A stretch of DNA of 42,528 nt from a virus (taxonomy: Duplodnaviria > Caudoviricetes). How positions within the stretch are numbered: the stretch's first letter is position 1; each line of letters starts with the position of its first letter. Both the position numbers and the translations under genes were made by a program. The stretch covers positions 1 to 42,528 of IMG/VR virus record IMGVR_UViG_3300020345_000002; one strand, 5' to 3'. The notes beneath the pieces were generated by a model. That model worked only from the letters and a program-made list of their open reading frames with translations, was not told the origin of the DNA and did not search any database. Shown here in pieces: positions 20,514 to 29,075 of the stretch.

Positions 20514-20929
20514 TAGATAGCAGAAGTAATAGCACCATTAGTTACAAAACTCACAGATACAGTTGAAATGTCTCCAACAGTAGAGCTAAAAGAAGTTCCT
20601 GTAATAATGCCGTTAAAACTTAATTTTTTAGTACCAGATGTATCTAAGAAAAGGTTAAATGCAGCATCACCAGCGTCTTCTGTTGTTAATACATCACTAA
20701 TAATTTCAGCAGTATTGTCTCCAGATGTAGCTGTATAAAGAAGATCAACTGTACCAGAACCAGAAATTAAAGATCCTATATATTTTCTTGAAGTATCTCC
20801 ATGAGAAGTACACTCAAGAGTATCTTTTGTTGTATCTAGAGTCCAGGCGGTTGTAGAAGCTATAGCTCCAACAGATCCAGTTCCGTTATCAAATGATACA
20901 GAGCCTTCTTCGCCACGAAAAAATGCCAT
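20513..20929 (-). CDS. Tail tube (major tail) protein
   Basis: G.EGSV..WTLDTTKDTLECT..GD..RKYIGSL.SGSGTVD..FVTNGAIT pattern of siphovirus tube proteins; no other tube candidate in the genome. Confidence 0.75.
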   Translation of the reverse strand: MAFFRGEEGSVSFDNGTGSVGAIASTTAWTLDTTKDTLECTSHGDTSRKYIGSLISGSGTVDLLYTATSGDNTAEIISDVLTTEDAGDAAFNLFLDTSGTKKLSFNGIITGTSFSSTVGDISTVSVSFVTNGAITSAI

Positions 20930-20987
20930 GATTTTAAGAAAAATTTACTTATATGATTATACTACCGTGAATTTAGAACTTTTACAG

Positions 20988-21146
20988 CTATTTCTTCTTT
21001 TTCTTAGCGGTTTTAGCAGCTTTTTTAAATGCAGCAGCCGTTGGTGCTCCTTTACTTCCAGGTTTTCTCATCTTTTCGCCACTACCAGCTTTAATACGCT
21101 TCTTTTTTGCGTGAATATTGGCATAAAGCCCTTTTTTCTTAGGCAC
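20988..21146 (-). CDS. 52-aa Lys-rich protein (GTG start)
   Basis: PKKKGLYANIHAKKKRIKAGSGEKMRKPGSKGAPT..; GAGGTG upstream; overlaps the stop of the preceding micro-ORF. Confidence 0.75.
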   Translation of the reverse strand: MPKKKGLYANIHAKKKRIKAGSGEKMRKPGSKGAPTAAAFKKAAKTAKKKKK

Positions 21147-21228
21147 AGTTACACCTCTTCTTAGTTTTTTTCTTCTTTTTCTTGGGTCTTCCAACCTTAG
21201 AACCATAAGTTCCAGCACCTTTTGGCAT
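21139..21228 (-). CDS. 29-aa Lys-rich microprotein
   Basis: Manual translation MPKGAGTYGSKVGRPKKKKKKTKKRCNCA. Confidence 0.65.
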   Translation of the reverse strand: MPKGAGTYGSKVGRPKKKKKKTKKRCNCA

Positions 21229-21242
21229 AGTAAAAGTAACTC

Positions 21243-22499
21243 TTAGTATATTCTAAACGAAGTTTGACCTAATGTCTCTGGTTTTGCGAGATTAAATTGC
21301 TGTAAACAAAGATAACCAAAAGCATCAAACGCATGGTCAACACCTAAATTCTTATTAGGTAATCCTGTATTTGGAGCGTAAGTTAGAGTTCTTAACGCTT
21401 TTATCAATTCTTTACATCGAGGATGAATAAAAGTCCTTCTATCACCATTTGCATCATATAAGGCAGTATTTACAGCAGTAATCTTATCTCTGATCTTCCA
21501 GGGAGATTTTGGACTCATTACTGTAAATCCATTCCTTCTTAAAATCGTATGGTCTGTAACACCTACCCCACTTGTCTTTCTCGCATTACCAGTAGGGTCA
21601 GGACACGCAATTACTCTTCGATCCACTCCATATCTTCGTGTAACTTCTTCAGCAAAATCCCAGGTTGTTGCCCCACCCGTCAACATAATCTCATCAAACA
21701 CATAAAGACAATCGTTATGCTTTACCGCACAAATTCCTGCCATCGGATCTACGTTAAAATCTAACCCAATTAGCAAAGGCATCATGTGTAAATCCTGCAC
21801 TTCCTTGTCAATATTCTCATCAGCAAAACTAACAGCGACTAAACCAGTAAGATTCTCAAAACTGGCTTCAAACTCTTGCCGAAATGTTCTTTCATCTAAT
21901 TGACTCCTAGCTGCTTCAACTTCCTCTTCTGCAACATTACCCCCCTGGATCGTAGTAAAACTCCAACGAATCCAATCATCTCGATCAGTTTCTCCGCAAA
22001 AACACCACATATCATAAAACCAACTCGCAGTTCCATCAGGTGTACTAATAAATAAAGCCCAACCCTGTTTATCAGCCAATGCAGGTCTAATAACTTCAGC
22101 CCATACGTCTTTATCCATAAAGGCAGCCTCATCAAGTACTACCCCTGCCAAGCTTCTTCCCCTCAATGCCATTGCATTTTCAGTTCCTTTTAACTCAATA
22201 CTTGACCCATTTATTAAATCTAGTCTCAAATCTGTCTCATTTTTGGCTGCAACCCATACTTTTGGTACTAATTTCTTTAATTCCTTCCATGCAATGTCTT
22301 TTGCCATCCGATATGTTGGTGCACAATAGAAATAAACCTCCCCTGGTCTATTGATCGCACCACGAAGAAGCTCAATACACGCTAAGTATGATTTTCCAAA
22401 CCTTCGTCCTGCTACTAATATCCTAAATCTCTTTTCGCTGTTAAAAACTTGCCCTTGAGCATACCTTAAATTGATTTCTGGTGCGTTTTTTACTGCCAT
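21243..22499 (-). CDS. terL: Terminase large subunit
   Basis: Walker A AGRRFGKS, Walker B VVLDEAA, ISTP, and nuclease motifs GLDFN and DHAFDA. Confidence 0.96.
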   Translation of the reverse strand: MAVKNAPEINLRYAQGQVFNSEKRFRILVAGRRFGKSYLACIELLRGAINRPGEVYFYCAPTYRMAKDIAWKELKKLVPKVWVAAKNETDLRLDLINGSSIELKGTENAMALRGRSLAGVVLDEAAFMDKDVWAEVIRPALADKQGWALFISTPDGTASWFYDMWCFCGETDRDDWIRWSFTTIQGGNVAEEEVEAARSQLDERTFRQEFEASFENLTGLVAVSFADENIDKEVQDLHMMPLLIGLDFNVDPMAGICAVKHNDCLYVFDEIMLTGGATTWDFAEEVTRRYGVDRRVIACPDPTGNARKTSGVGVTDHTILRRNGFTVMSPKSPWKIRDKITAVNTALYDANGDRRTFIHPRCKELIKALRTLTYAPNTGLPNKNLGVDHAFDAFGYLCLQQFNLAKPETLGQTSFRIY

Positions 22500-22601
22500 A
22501 CATTAATAAATTAACAAAATTTTCAACTAATACCCCCTAGTTATAGCCTAAATTGCAATTTCTAGGTTATCATTCAATTAATACCTTATCTGATTGAGTC
22601 C

Positions 22602-23051
22602 GTGGCTGAATCTATTTTATCTGGTTTCGTTCCAGAAGATTTTAAAGAACAACAAGTTGAAAAGAAAAAAAGACGCTCTAAGTTTGCTTGCAATACAAAA
22701 GAGCATATCCAGGCTAGAAGTCAAAGATTATATTCTCGTCAACTCGAGGGTAAAACAACAAGGCAGCTAGTTTTGGAACACGCAAAGATTGAAGGCATTG
22801 CAGAAACTTCTGCTTGGAGTGATTGGAGCAGAGTAAAGCAATGGAATAATGAAGATTGGGAAAAAGATAGAGAAAATATGCTTCCAAGACTTCAAGCAAT
22901 GAGAGTAAGATTATTTAATAAAGCAGTTTCAAAAGGTCAATTACAGACAGCAGCACAAATATTAGATTCATTAGGCAAAGTAATCGGAGAGTCTGTAGAG
23001 ACAGTTAATATTCAAGCACCTCAACTATCTATAAAAGTAGAACAGCAGTAG
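22602..23051 (+). CDS. Putative terminase small subunit (divergent from terL)
   Basis: N-terminal HTH-like segment, helical core ending AAQILDSLGKV, beta-strand tail; adjacent to terL. Confidence 0.55.
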   Translation: MAESILSGFVPEDFKEQQVEKKKRRSKFACNTKEHIQARSQRLYSRQLEGKTTRQLVLEHAKIEGIAETSAWSDWSRVKQWNNEDWEKDRENMLPRLQAMRVRLFNKAVSKGQLQTAAQILDSLGKVIGESVETVNIQAPQLSIKVEQQ

Positions 23052-23289
23052 TACACATATATTAGTAACGAAGATATTGGATATATATTTAAGTTCCTCG
23101 GCATGGTATATAAAAAAAATTTTTCTGCAACCCTCCCCCAAATACGCTGAAACGGCTCTGTGTGGCTCTCTGATAGCCTTCTGCTGTCACTTTGGTGCTA
23201 TAGTACCTTCAAAAAATTGCCCTGCCTGAAGCCAATCTGGAGGGAGTGTATCATTTTATACTTACACCAATATTTGCTGAAATATAGGG

Positions 23290-23318
23290 TTGACATGATG
23301 TCAAAAGTGACATAATAT
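23290..23318 (+). promoter_or_regulatory. Early sigma70-type promoter with a palindrome over the -35 box
   Basis: TTGACA-17 nt-TAATAT; TTGACAT-G-ATGTCAA inverted repeat. Confidence 0.8.
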
Positions 23319-23324
23319 TCTAAT

Positions 23325-23660
23325 GTAACTTGAAAAATAAATAATTGGATCGGCGGAGCTATTGGGCTTTCACTTGCGTCAGGTACGCTCTCACACTGGT
23401 ACGAATTAAGGCTAGGTGGGAAATGCGGTTACGCTCCTCGAAAAGATTATTTCATAACTGCTAATAGCAAACTGGCAAGGCTCACTTATTAGCAGACATT
23501 CCTTTTACTTCTAGGCTGTAGCACTCACGAACAATAACAGGCAGCAAAGGGGCTTAACCACTTTGGCAAGTCTTCTTTCTCCCGTCACAGATTACTTCAC
23601 GAACTAGCACAGCCTACAAGTAAAAGGTACTTACTTTTTACTTACTGTTCACTTATCCAA
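23325..23660 (+). ncRNA. Structured early leader / candidate ncRNA with three stem domains
   Basis: No long ORF; 18/19-bp stem 23501-23519/23609-23627; 9-bp stem 23458-23466/23487-23495; interrupted stem 23339-23452. Confidence 0.55.
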
Positions 23661-23677
23661 AAGTTAATTTTTAAATT

Positions 23678-23974
23678 ATGACTTATGCGTACCAAGTAAC
23701 CCAATTCAACGGGATTGATTATTCTACTAAGTCTCCTAAATGGAACCTAGTAGCAGAACGCAGAACACAGCAACAAGCTCTCGCAGTGTGTCAAACACTG
23801 AACCAGAGACAACCATATTTTCATAGGGTTGAAGTTGTAAAGGCTGTTGAGCTTCCAAAGTTCACAGTATTGAAACCTGCAAAAAGAGAATCAGGAGCAA
23901 TCACGATTCCTGCAAGTTTCAAAGTAATTAAAAAAAGAAATTGGATTCTTTCAATTCTTGGGAGGTTCTTCTAA
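23678..23974 (+). CDS. Hypothetical early protein
   Basis: First ORF of the early operon; TAATG coupling to the next gene. Confidence 0.7.
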   Translation: MTYAYQVTQFNGIDYSTKSPKWNLVAERRTQQQALAVCQTLNQRQPYFHRVEVVKAVELPKFTVLKPAKRESGAITIPASFKVIKKRNWILSILGRFF

Positions 23975-24099
23975 TGTCTGAAACAGAATTTGATATTTAT
24001 TTCGCTGGCATAGATTGGGGGGCAACCTTCGATCTATTCCCAAAATTAGAAATCACTTACGACCCAGATTATCAAGAGCTAACTAAAAATGAAGATTAA
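23974..24099 (+). CDS. 41-aa acidic hypothetical protein
   Basis: Manual translation MSETEFDIYFAGIDWG..; GGAGG upstream. Confidence 0.6.
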   Translation: MSETEFDIYFAGIDWGATFDLFPKLEITYDPDYQELTKNED

Positions 24100-24217
24100 A
24101 TTAATTTCTTATTTTATTCTTTTTGGCTGTGTGATTTATTCAGGCTTTGGTATTTACCAGAGCTTGGATAATCTCACTTCAAATTATTACTCAACTTTAC
24201 AACAACTAAACAAATGA
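24089..24217 (+). CDS. 42-aa single-TM protein
   Basis: Manual translation MKIKLISYFILFGCVIYSGFGIY..; ATGA overlap with the next gene. Confidence 0.6.
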   Translation: MKIKLISYFILFGCVIYSGFGIYQSLDNLTSNYYSTLQQLNK

Positions 24218-24444
24218 GAATCAGATCACTAGGAGCAAATAAAACTTTGCTCACTCTAAAAAATGGCGTTCAGGTGTTTCTTTCATATGAAACACCAGTT
24301 GCAGCCCGTCTATTAAATTTTGATTATGTGCGAACTAATCAAAAATGGAGTCGCACAACTTCAAAACATATTACCCAATGGTTAGAGGGTGTAAAAGCTC
24401 GAACTGTTGAGCAATCATACTTAGACGAATTATTGGAGGTTTAA
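24214..24444 (+). CDS. Conserved phage early protein of unknown function
   Basis: SYETPVA..WSRTTSKHI motif typical of phage early genes. Confidence 0.75.
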   Translation: MRIRSLGANKTLLTLKNGVQVFLSYETPVAARLLNFDYVRTNQKWSRTTSKHITQWLEGVKARTVEQSYLDELLEV

Positions 24445-24447
24445 AAA

Positions 24448-24666
24448 ATGTTTTTCAAAAAGATTGATTTTTCAGAATACGAACCAACAGATCAAGACAC
24501 GCTCCGAGCGTGTTTTGATGAGTTGGAATTATCAGGTTATGACATTTTAGAAAAAGATGAGCTTAGAGTTTTAGCAGAATATAAGGCCGAAAAGTTTAAA
24601 AACTTTATGCGACCTTTATTTGGTGAAACTCCATCAACTGAAATTTCAATAAAAATTGGGGAATAA
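24448..24666 (+). CDS. Hypothetical protein
   Basis: GGAGG SD; in operon. Confidence 0.7.
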   Translation: MFFKKIDFSEYEPTDQDTLRACFDELELSGYDILEKDELRVLAEYKAEKFKNFMRPLFGETPSTEISIKIGE

Positions 24667-24722
24667 TTTCCCCTTTTTTCTTACAAAAAGTTTAAAAAAT
24701 TTTCACTTATCCTGTAAAAATT

Positions 24723-25643
24723 ATGACTATTATGAATGGCCGAATGAAAGGCAAAAAAGCCGATTATGTCAAACCTGAGCAAGTTATCGTGAATGAATTA
24801 ATTCAGGCACTTGAATCAGGAAATACAAAATTATGGCGAAAAGAATGGACAGTTAAGGGTGGCTTCAGGAATGTCTTATCAGGGCATACCTATAAAGGCT
24901 CTAACCCTGCTCTGTTATGTTTACAGAGTTCTATTAGGAATTGGCATTTACCACTCTTTATAGGAGCAGGTCAGGCCAAGTCTATTAACTGCCTACCTAA
25001 ACGTGGTTCACGTTCGGCTCGAATATTACAACCGCTCCAGAGATCCTTTGAACTCAAAGAGAAAGACGAAAATGGAGAATCACAATATGGGTCATATATG
25101 GCTTATAAATGTGTTCCCGTTTTTAATGTTGCTGATATTCGAGGATTGAATGATGAAGCTAGTCTTAAATTAGAAAAGTTAATTGATGATGCAGTTCTAA
25201 CTGCTAAACCTAGAAAATTAGATGTCAGAGTAAAAGAAGCTCATGACAGATTATTCCAATGGGAAAAACAGATTAACACTCTTGTAAAGGGTGGAGATAG
25301 AGCTTATTACAGAGAGTCAAGTGATGAGATAGTCATTCCAAAAAGATATAACTTCAAGAATGATGAGTCTTATCTTGCGACTTTTGCTCATGAAGCAGTT
25401 CATTCAACTAAACATAAGACTAGGTTAAATCGAAAAGACTTAACTTACGCTCAGGAGGAGTTAGTAGCAGAGCTATCCGCATATCTCATATGCAACCGAC
25501 TTCAAATCTCAAATCTAGACACAATGAACCATGCAGCATATTTGCAAGCGTGGTGTCCAATGCTTAAGTCCGATCCAAAGATCTTATTTAAGTCATTAGC
25601 CAATGCTAGTAAAGCAGCAGATATGGTGATCGGAGAGCAATAA
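24723..25643 (+). CDS. ardC: ArdC-like antirestriction protein (DUF1738 ssDNA-binding + zincin-like domain)
   Basis: WRKEW..N..SG..YKGSN..VFN; AYY..D.I.IP..F..Y..T..HEAVH..YAQEELVAEL..HAAYLQAW. Confidence 0.88.
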   Translation: MTIMNGRMKGKKADYVKPEQVIVNELIQALESGNTKLWRKEWTVKGGFRNVLSGHTYKGSNPALLCLQSSIRNWHLPLFIGAGQAKSINCLPKRGSRSARILQPLQRSFELKEKDENGESQYGSYMAYKCVPVFNVADIRGLNDEASLKLEKLIDDAVLTAKPRKLDVRVKEAHDRLFQWEKQINTLVKGGDRAYYRESSDEIVIPKRYNFKNDESYLATFAHEAVHSTKHKTRLNRKDLTYAQEELVAELSAYLICNRLQISNLDTMNHAAYLQAWCPMLKSDPKILFKSLANASKAADMVIGEQ

Positions 25644-25669
25644 GCTCTCCTTTTCTTTTATTATTTATT

Positions 25670-25972
25670 ATGAAAAATTACAAAGCAACTGACCCTGAAA
25701 TGATTCAGGCAGGAAAAGACTTAGCAAAATTATCTAATTTATCTAATCGGGTTATTTCTAACGATAAAGATTTATTTCAGGAATTAATGACGATCCAATC
25801 AAAACTTTGCGAGATTTCAGCAATCAAAGCTAACTTCATGCAAAGATATGAGGATATTTTAGATGAGCAAGCGAGAATAGAAACTCAGCTATGCGTCTTT
25901 CAACATGAAATGCTCCACTCATTTGAGTTGGTCATTCGATATTACAAAACAAAAAAGAAGGGCTTTAAATAG
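25670..25972 (+). CDS. Hypothetical coiled-coil protein
   Basis: ORF track; ends in KKKGFK. Confidence 0.65.
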   Translation: MKNYKATDPEMIQAGKDLAKLSNLSNRVISNDKDLFQELMTIQSKLCEISAIKANFMQRYEDILDEQARIETQLCVFQHEMLHSFELVIRYYKTKKKGFK

Positions 25973-26153
25973 CCCTATCTTTTTCTAGTTTTAATTTACA
26001 CCTAGTCAGAATTAAAGTTTCATAGAGCTTTTTATCTGACTTTAAAGCTTTGGTTAATAGGTTATCCCAATCTTCAGAGGATAATTTATTGAGGTTGTAT
26101 GGATCGTAACCCATTTCTTGTATTGAAAAGACGTAAGACTTAATTAGACTCAT
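25965..26153 (-). CDS. Hypothetical protein (opposite strand within the early arm)
   Basis: Fills an otherwise empty gap; divergent from the promoter at 26194. Confidence 0.55.
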   Translation of the reverse strand: MSLIKSYVFSIQEMGYDPYNLNKLSSEDWDNLLTKALKSDKKLYETLILTRCKLKLEKDRAI

Positions 26154-26193
26154 AATGATACTGTTACTACATCATTAAATATAGCACAATGGA

Positions 26194-26223
26194 TTGACAA
26201 TTACATAAATATAATGTTATTGT
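26194..26223 (+). promoter_or_regulatory. Sigma70-type promoter
   Basis: TTGACA-18 nt-TATTGT with an extended TG. Confidence 0.6.
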
Positions 26224-26250
26224 TAAAAAGCGTTCACTTACCCTAAATTT

Positions 26251-26463
26251 ATGAAACGTATTTACCCTGACGATATGCAACTAGATCAATTTCTAGTTCT
26301 TAACGAAACAGATTATAAAGTCATATCAGAAGCATTAGAGGATATGGCCTGTTGTATTCCTAAAGATGGACAATATAACAGAATAAAAATCTCTCAAGAA
26401 GAATTTGATCTTTGCAGAGCAAAAATTCTTACAAGAAAAAATTTACAAGGAGGTAGCAACTAA
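26251..26463 (+). CDS. Hypothetical protein
   Basis: ORF after the promoter; TAATG coupling. Confidence 0.65.
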   Translation: MKRIYPDDMQLDQFLVLNETDYKVISEALEDMACCIPKDGQYNRIKISQEEFDLCRAKILTRKNLQGGSN

Positions 26464-27017
26464 TGGGTTTAGATATGTACTTAGAGGGTTCTTTTTCAAC
26501 AAGAGCCTATATACAACCTACTGATCAGCAATATGCTGATATAAGAGAAGGTAAGGAGGTTACAGTTAAAAGATCACCAGAATTGGAAGATGCTCTTACT
26601 GCTATTGGTTTTGAAAACGCTCCAATAGATCATTCCTATAATCACATGACTTATGTGTTTCCACTACTAACATGGAGAAAAGCTAATGCAATTCATAAGT
26701 TTTTTGTAGATGAAGTGCAGGGCGGTAATGACGACTGCGAGCGTCATTGGGTATCTTTAGAACACTTAAAATTACTTCTTCAGAATATTAACGAAATTTT
26801 TAAAATTGAAGATGAAAAAGAACGTATAACAAAAGCAAGTAAGATTTTACCTACCGATAATCTAGGTTGTTTCTTTGGAACTGATGAATACGACAAATGG
26901 TATTTTCAAGATTTAGAACGTACCAAAGTAACTCTTGATAAGTTATTTGCTTATGAAGAAAAAATGTCAGGAACAGGAAAATGTTTTGATAACTTTTATT
27001 ATCAATCATCTTGGTAG
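26463..27017 (+). CDS. Conserved phage protein of unknown function
   Basis: MGLDMYL..WRKANAIH..LPT..FFG..EYD.WY..YQSSW; GGAGG SD. Confidence 0.8.
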   Translation: MGLDMYLEGSFSTRAYIQPTDQQYADIREGKEVTVKRSPELEDALTAIGFENAPIDHSYNHMTYVFPLLTWRKANAIHKFFVDEVQGGNDDCERHWVSLEHLKLLLQNINEIFKIEDEKERITKASKILPTDNLGCFFGTDEYDKWYFQDLERTKVTLDKLFAYEEKMSGTGKCFDNFYYQSSW

Positions 27018-27028
27018 GAGGTATATAT

Positions 27029-27181
27029 ATGTCGCACCCTGTAAATACTGAGATTTTAGAATCTCTATTCGATGAACAGATTGATGCTGTTCAAAAAAGA
27101 TTTCCCTCCCTTTCAAATAGGGAGGTTGAAATCATCGCAGCAAGAAGAGCTAAACGTCTTTTTTGGGAGATGGCTCAATGA
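27029..27181 (+). CDS. 50-aa hypothetical protein
   Basis: Manual translation MSHPVNTEILESLFDE..; AGGAGG SD; ATGA overlap. Confidence 0.7.
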   Translation: MSHPVNTEILESLFDEQIDAVQKRFPSLSNREVEIIAARRAKRLFWEMAQ

Positions 27182-27297
27182 ACAATTCAAAACTAACCGA
27201 ATGGTTACTTGATAACGACTGTCCCTTTGAATTTGATGTTGTAGGTAACTACTGTGATGCAGTAGTTCTTATCTTTATTGAAAAGGAGGAAGAATGA
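27178..27297 (+). CDS. 39-aa hypothetical protein
   Basis: Manual translation MNNSKLTEWLLDNDCPFEF..; ATGA overlaps at both ends. Confidence 0.6.
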   Translation: MNNSKLTEWLLDNDCPFEFDVVGNYCDAVVLIFIEKEEE

Positions 27298-27629
27298 ATA
27301 TTACAGAAAGTCGTGACGAAGCATTTGAAGCTATTGCAGAGATGTTACGCTCCAATGTAAAGAAGACGAAGATAGCTTCTAAACTGTCTGCTGATTATTG
27401 CGTAAGCGATAAAACAGTTTATAAGTGGATTTCTAAAGTTGAAGAGATGTATGACATTGAGCCAATCGAGTCTATTCTTCAACAACATAAATCTGAATTA
27501 AAATCTGAAATTTATCAGGATTTAATTCGAGATTATCATAAAGCTAAAGATGAAAAAGATGATGAGTTACGAAGAAAGATTGGAGCTATATTAAATAATA
27601 CTTACCTTAAAAAAATTAATTTCAACTGA
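27294..27629 (+). CDS. HTH DNA-binding protein
   Basis: KTKIASKLSADYCVSDKTVYKWI helix-turn-helix pattern. Confidence 0.65.
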   Translation: MNITESRDEAFEAIAEMLRSNVKKTKIASKLSADYCVSDKTVYKWISKVEEMYDIEPIESILQQHKSELKSEIYQDLIRDYHKAKDEKDDELRRKIGAILNNTYLKKINFN

Positions 27630-27647
27630 GAATTTCGCTAGCGAATT

Positions 27648-27944
27648 ATGATTGACAACCCATTACCAAATCAAGTTATGCAGGAAATGGATTTAGCCCA
27701 TTTATCCGATCAGTTTAATCAAACTGTTTTCGATCATGGACTTGAAATAGCTAAACACTACAAAGTACATTCTGATTTACATGATTACTTTGCAGATTGG
27801 TATTTAGATTATATGCAACAGAATCCTGATCTATTCGATCACACTTGTATTTATCTTGATTCTGATTACATAGTCGATTGGTGGGAAGATGAGTCATTCT
27901 TTTATGACGATTTCGATTCACCTTACATGGAGATTAAAAAATGA
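27648..27944 (+). CDS. Highly acidic hypothetical protein
   Basis: Asp- and aromatic-rich ORF in the early operon. Confidence 0.65.
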   Translation: MIDNPLPNQVMQEMDLAHLSDQFNQTVFDHGLEIAKHYKVHSDLHDYFADWYLDYMQQNPDLFDHTCIYLDSDYIVDWWEDESFFYDDFDSPYMEIKK

Positions 27945-28144
27945 GACTTGATTCTATACACATTATTCTTAAAGAATATATTAAGGAACAAGAAGAATTA
28001 CATCACATTGATAGAGATATTAATTCTTGGCAACTTAATAAGTTATCAGAATTAACCGATCAATTAGATGACATCATTTGTTACGAACCAACCGATCACG
28101 AAATGATGTCTAGCTTCGGTACAAAATGGCATGACGCATTATGA
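27941..28144 (+). CDS. Hypothetical protein
   Basis: ATGA overlaps; YEPTD.EM motif. Confidence 0.65.
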   Translation: MRLDSIHIILKEYIKEQEELHHIDRDINSWQLNKLSELTDQLDDIICYEPTDHEMMSSFGTKWHDAL

Positions 28145-28314
28145 AAAATTTATTTGATTCTCAGATCTGTGTTGACTGTAACCTACCCTGCCATTTTGGT
28201 TCGGGTAGATTTGTTAACAGATATTCTGTTTACAATGATGATGTAGAAGGTTGGAGATGCGGAGACTGTGCTGCTGAAGTTGATGCAATGTTGGAGGAAA
28301 TGAATAATGACTAA
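28141..28314 (+). CDS. 57-aa Zn-finger-like protein
   Basis: Manual translation: CVDC..GSGRFVNR..CGDC. Confidence 0.7.
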   Translation: MKNLFDSQICVDCNLPCHFGSGRFVNRYSVYNDDVEGWRCGDCAAEVDAMLEEMNND

Positions 28315-28501
28315 TTTCGTTCCAGTAACACGTTACTCTAGGTGCAAAAGATACTCAGGTGCATTAATAAAATGCCCTGAGTGTAACGCAGTTGCTACTA
28401 TCTATCATCTTTCTTGGTCAGCACTTGGCTGTCAAAACTGTAAAGCTATGATAGATAAATACGATTGGTTCATAGAAAAAGGTAAACATTCAAAACTATA
28501 A
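28307..28501 (+). CDS. Zn-ribbon protein
   Basis: CPEC..YHLSWSALGCQNC; GGAGG SD. Confidence 0.75.
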   Translation: MTNFVPVTRYSRCKRYSGALIKCPECNAVATIYHLSWSALGCQNCKAMIDKYDWFIEKGKHSKL

Positions 28502-28505
28502 GATT

Positions 28506-28703
28506 ATGCCTAAAGGTAAATACTACGAATATCAAATTAAACGATCCGCACTAGATCAGGATTATCTTTCTGGTAATATTGATGACTTTCAATATGCCAG
28601 AGAGTCTCTTGACCTAGACTTGAAATACGAACCATACATACTAGCTCAAACTATCAATAGCGAAATCGCTAAAAAACAACACAACATAGGAGATTCTAAA
28701 TGA
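28506..28703 (+). CDS. Hypothetical protein
   Basis: ORF track; operon packing. Confidence 0.6.
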   Translation: MPKGKYYEYQIKRSALDQDYLSGNIDDFQYARESLDLDLKYEPYILAQTINSEIAKKQHNIGDSK

Positions 28704-28912
28704 CTTATTACGCTGTAGTCGCTAGAGAAGAATACAAAGAAGAAGAAGTTTTACTTTATCAAGGAAACTATTCTCCTCAAGAATTAAACAAAATGGCAAC
28801 TGAAGAAGTTAGACAAAATACAACTATGGAATATGAAGATATAGAAGATTGCTACGTTCATATAGATTTTATCTTTAAATCTGACACACCTATCAAATGG
28901 ATTTATGACTAA
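28700..28912 (+). CDS. Acidic hypothetical protein
   Basis: AGGAG SD; ATGA overlap. Confidence 0.6.
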   Translation: MTYYAVVAREEYKEEEVLLYQGNYSPQELNKMATEEVRQNTTMEYEDIEDCYVHIDFIFKSDTPIKWIYD

Positions 28913-29075
28913 TAACAACTGGGGTATAAATTTTCCTGATAATCCTTACGAAGGTCAGATTTTTTATTACCCTCATACTCAAGATACCTTTACTTATGTC
29001 GTTCCTAAAAACCAATCAGGTTCAGGAGAATGGGTTATGGTTACTTATCAGGACTTTACTTCAAACCGCAACTAA
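28905..29075 (+). CDS. 56-aa protein with a GINFP..PY.GQ motif
   Basis: Manual translation MTNNNWGINFPDNPYEGQIFYY..; similar to 29967..30149. Confidence 0.65.
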   Translation: MTNNNWGINFPDNPYEGQIFYYPHTQDTFTYVVPKNQSGSGEWVMVTYQDFTSNRN

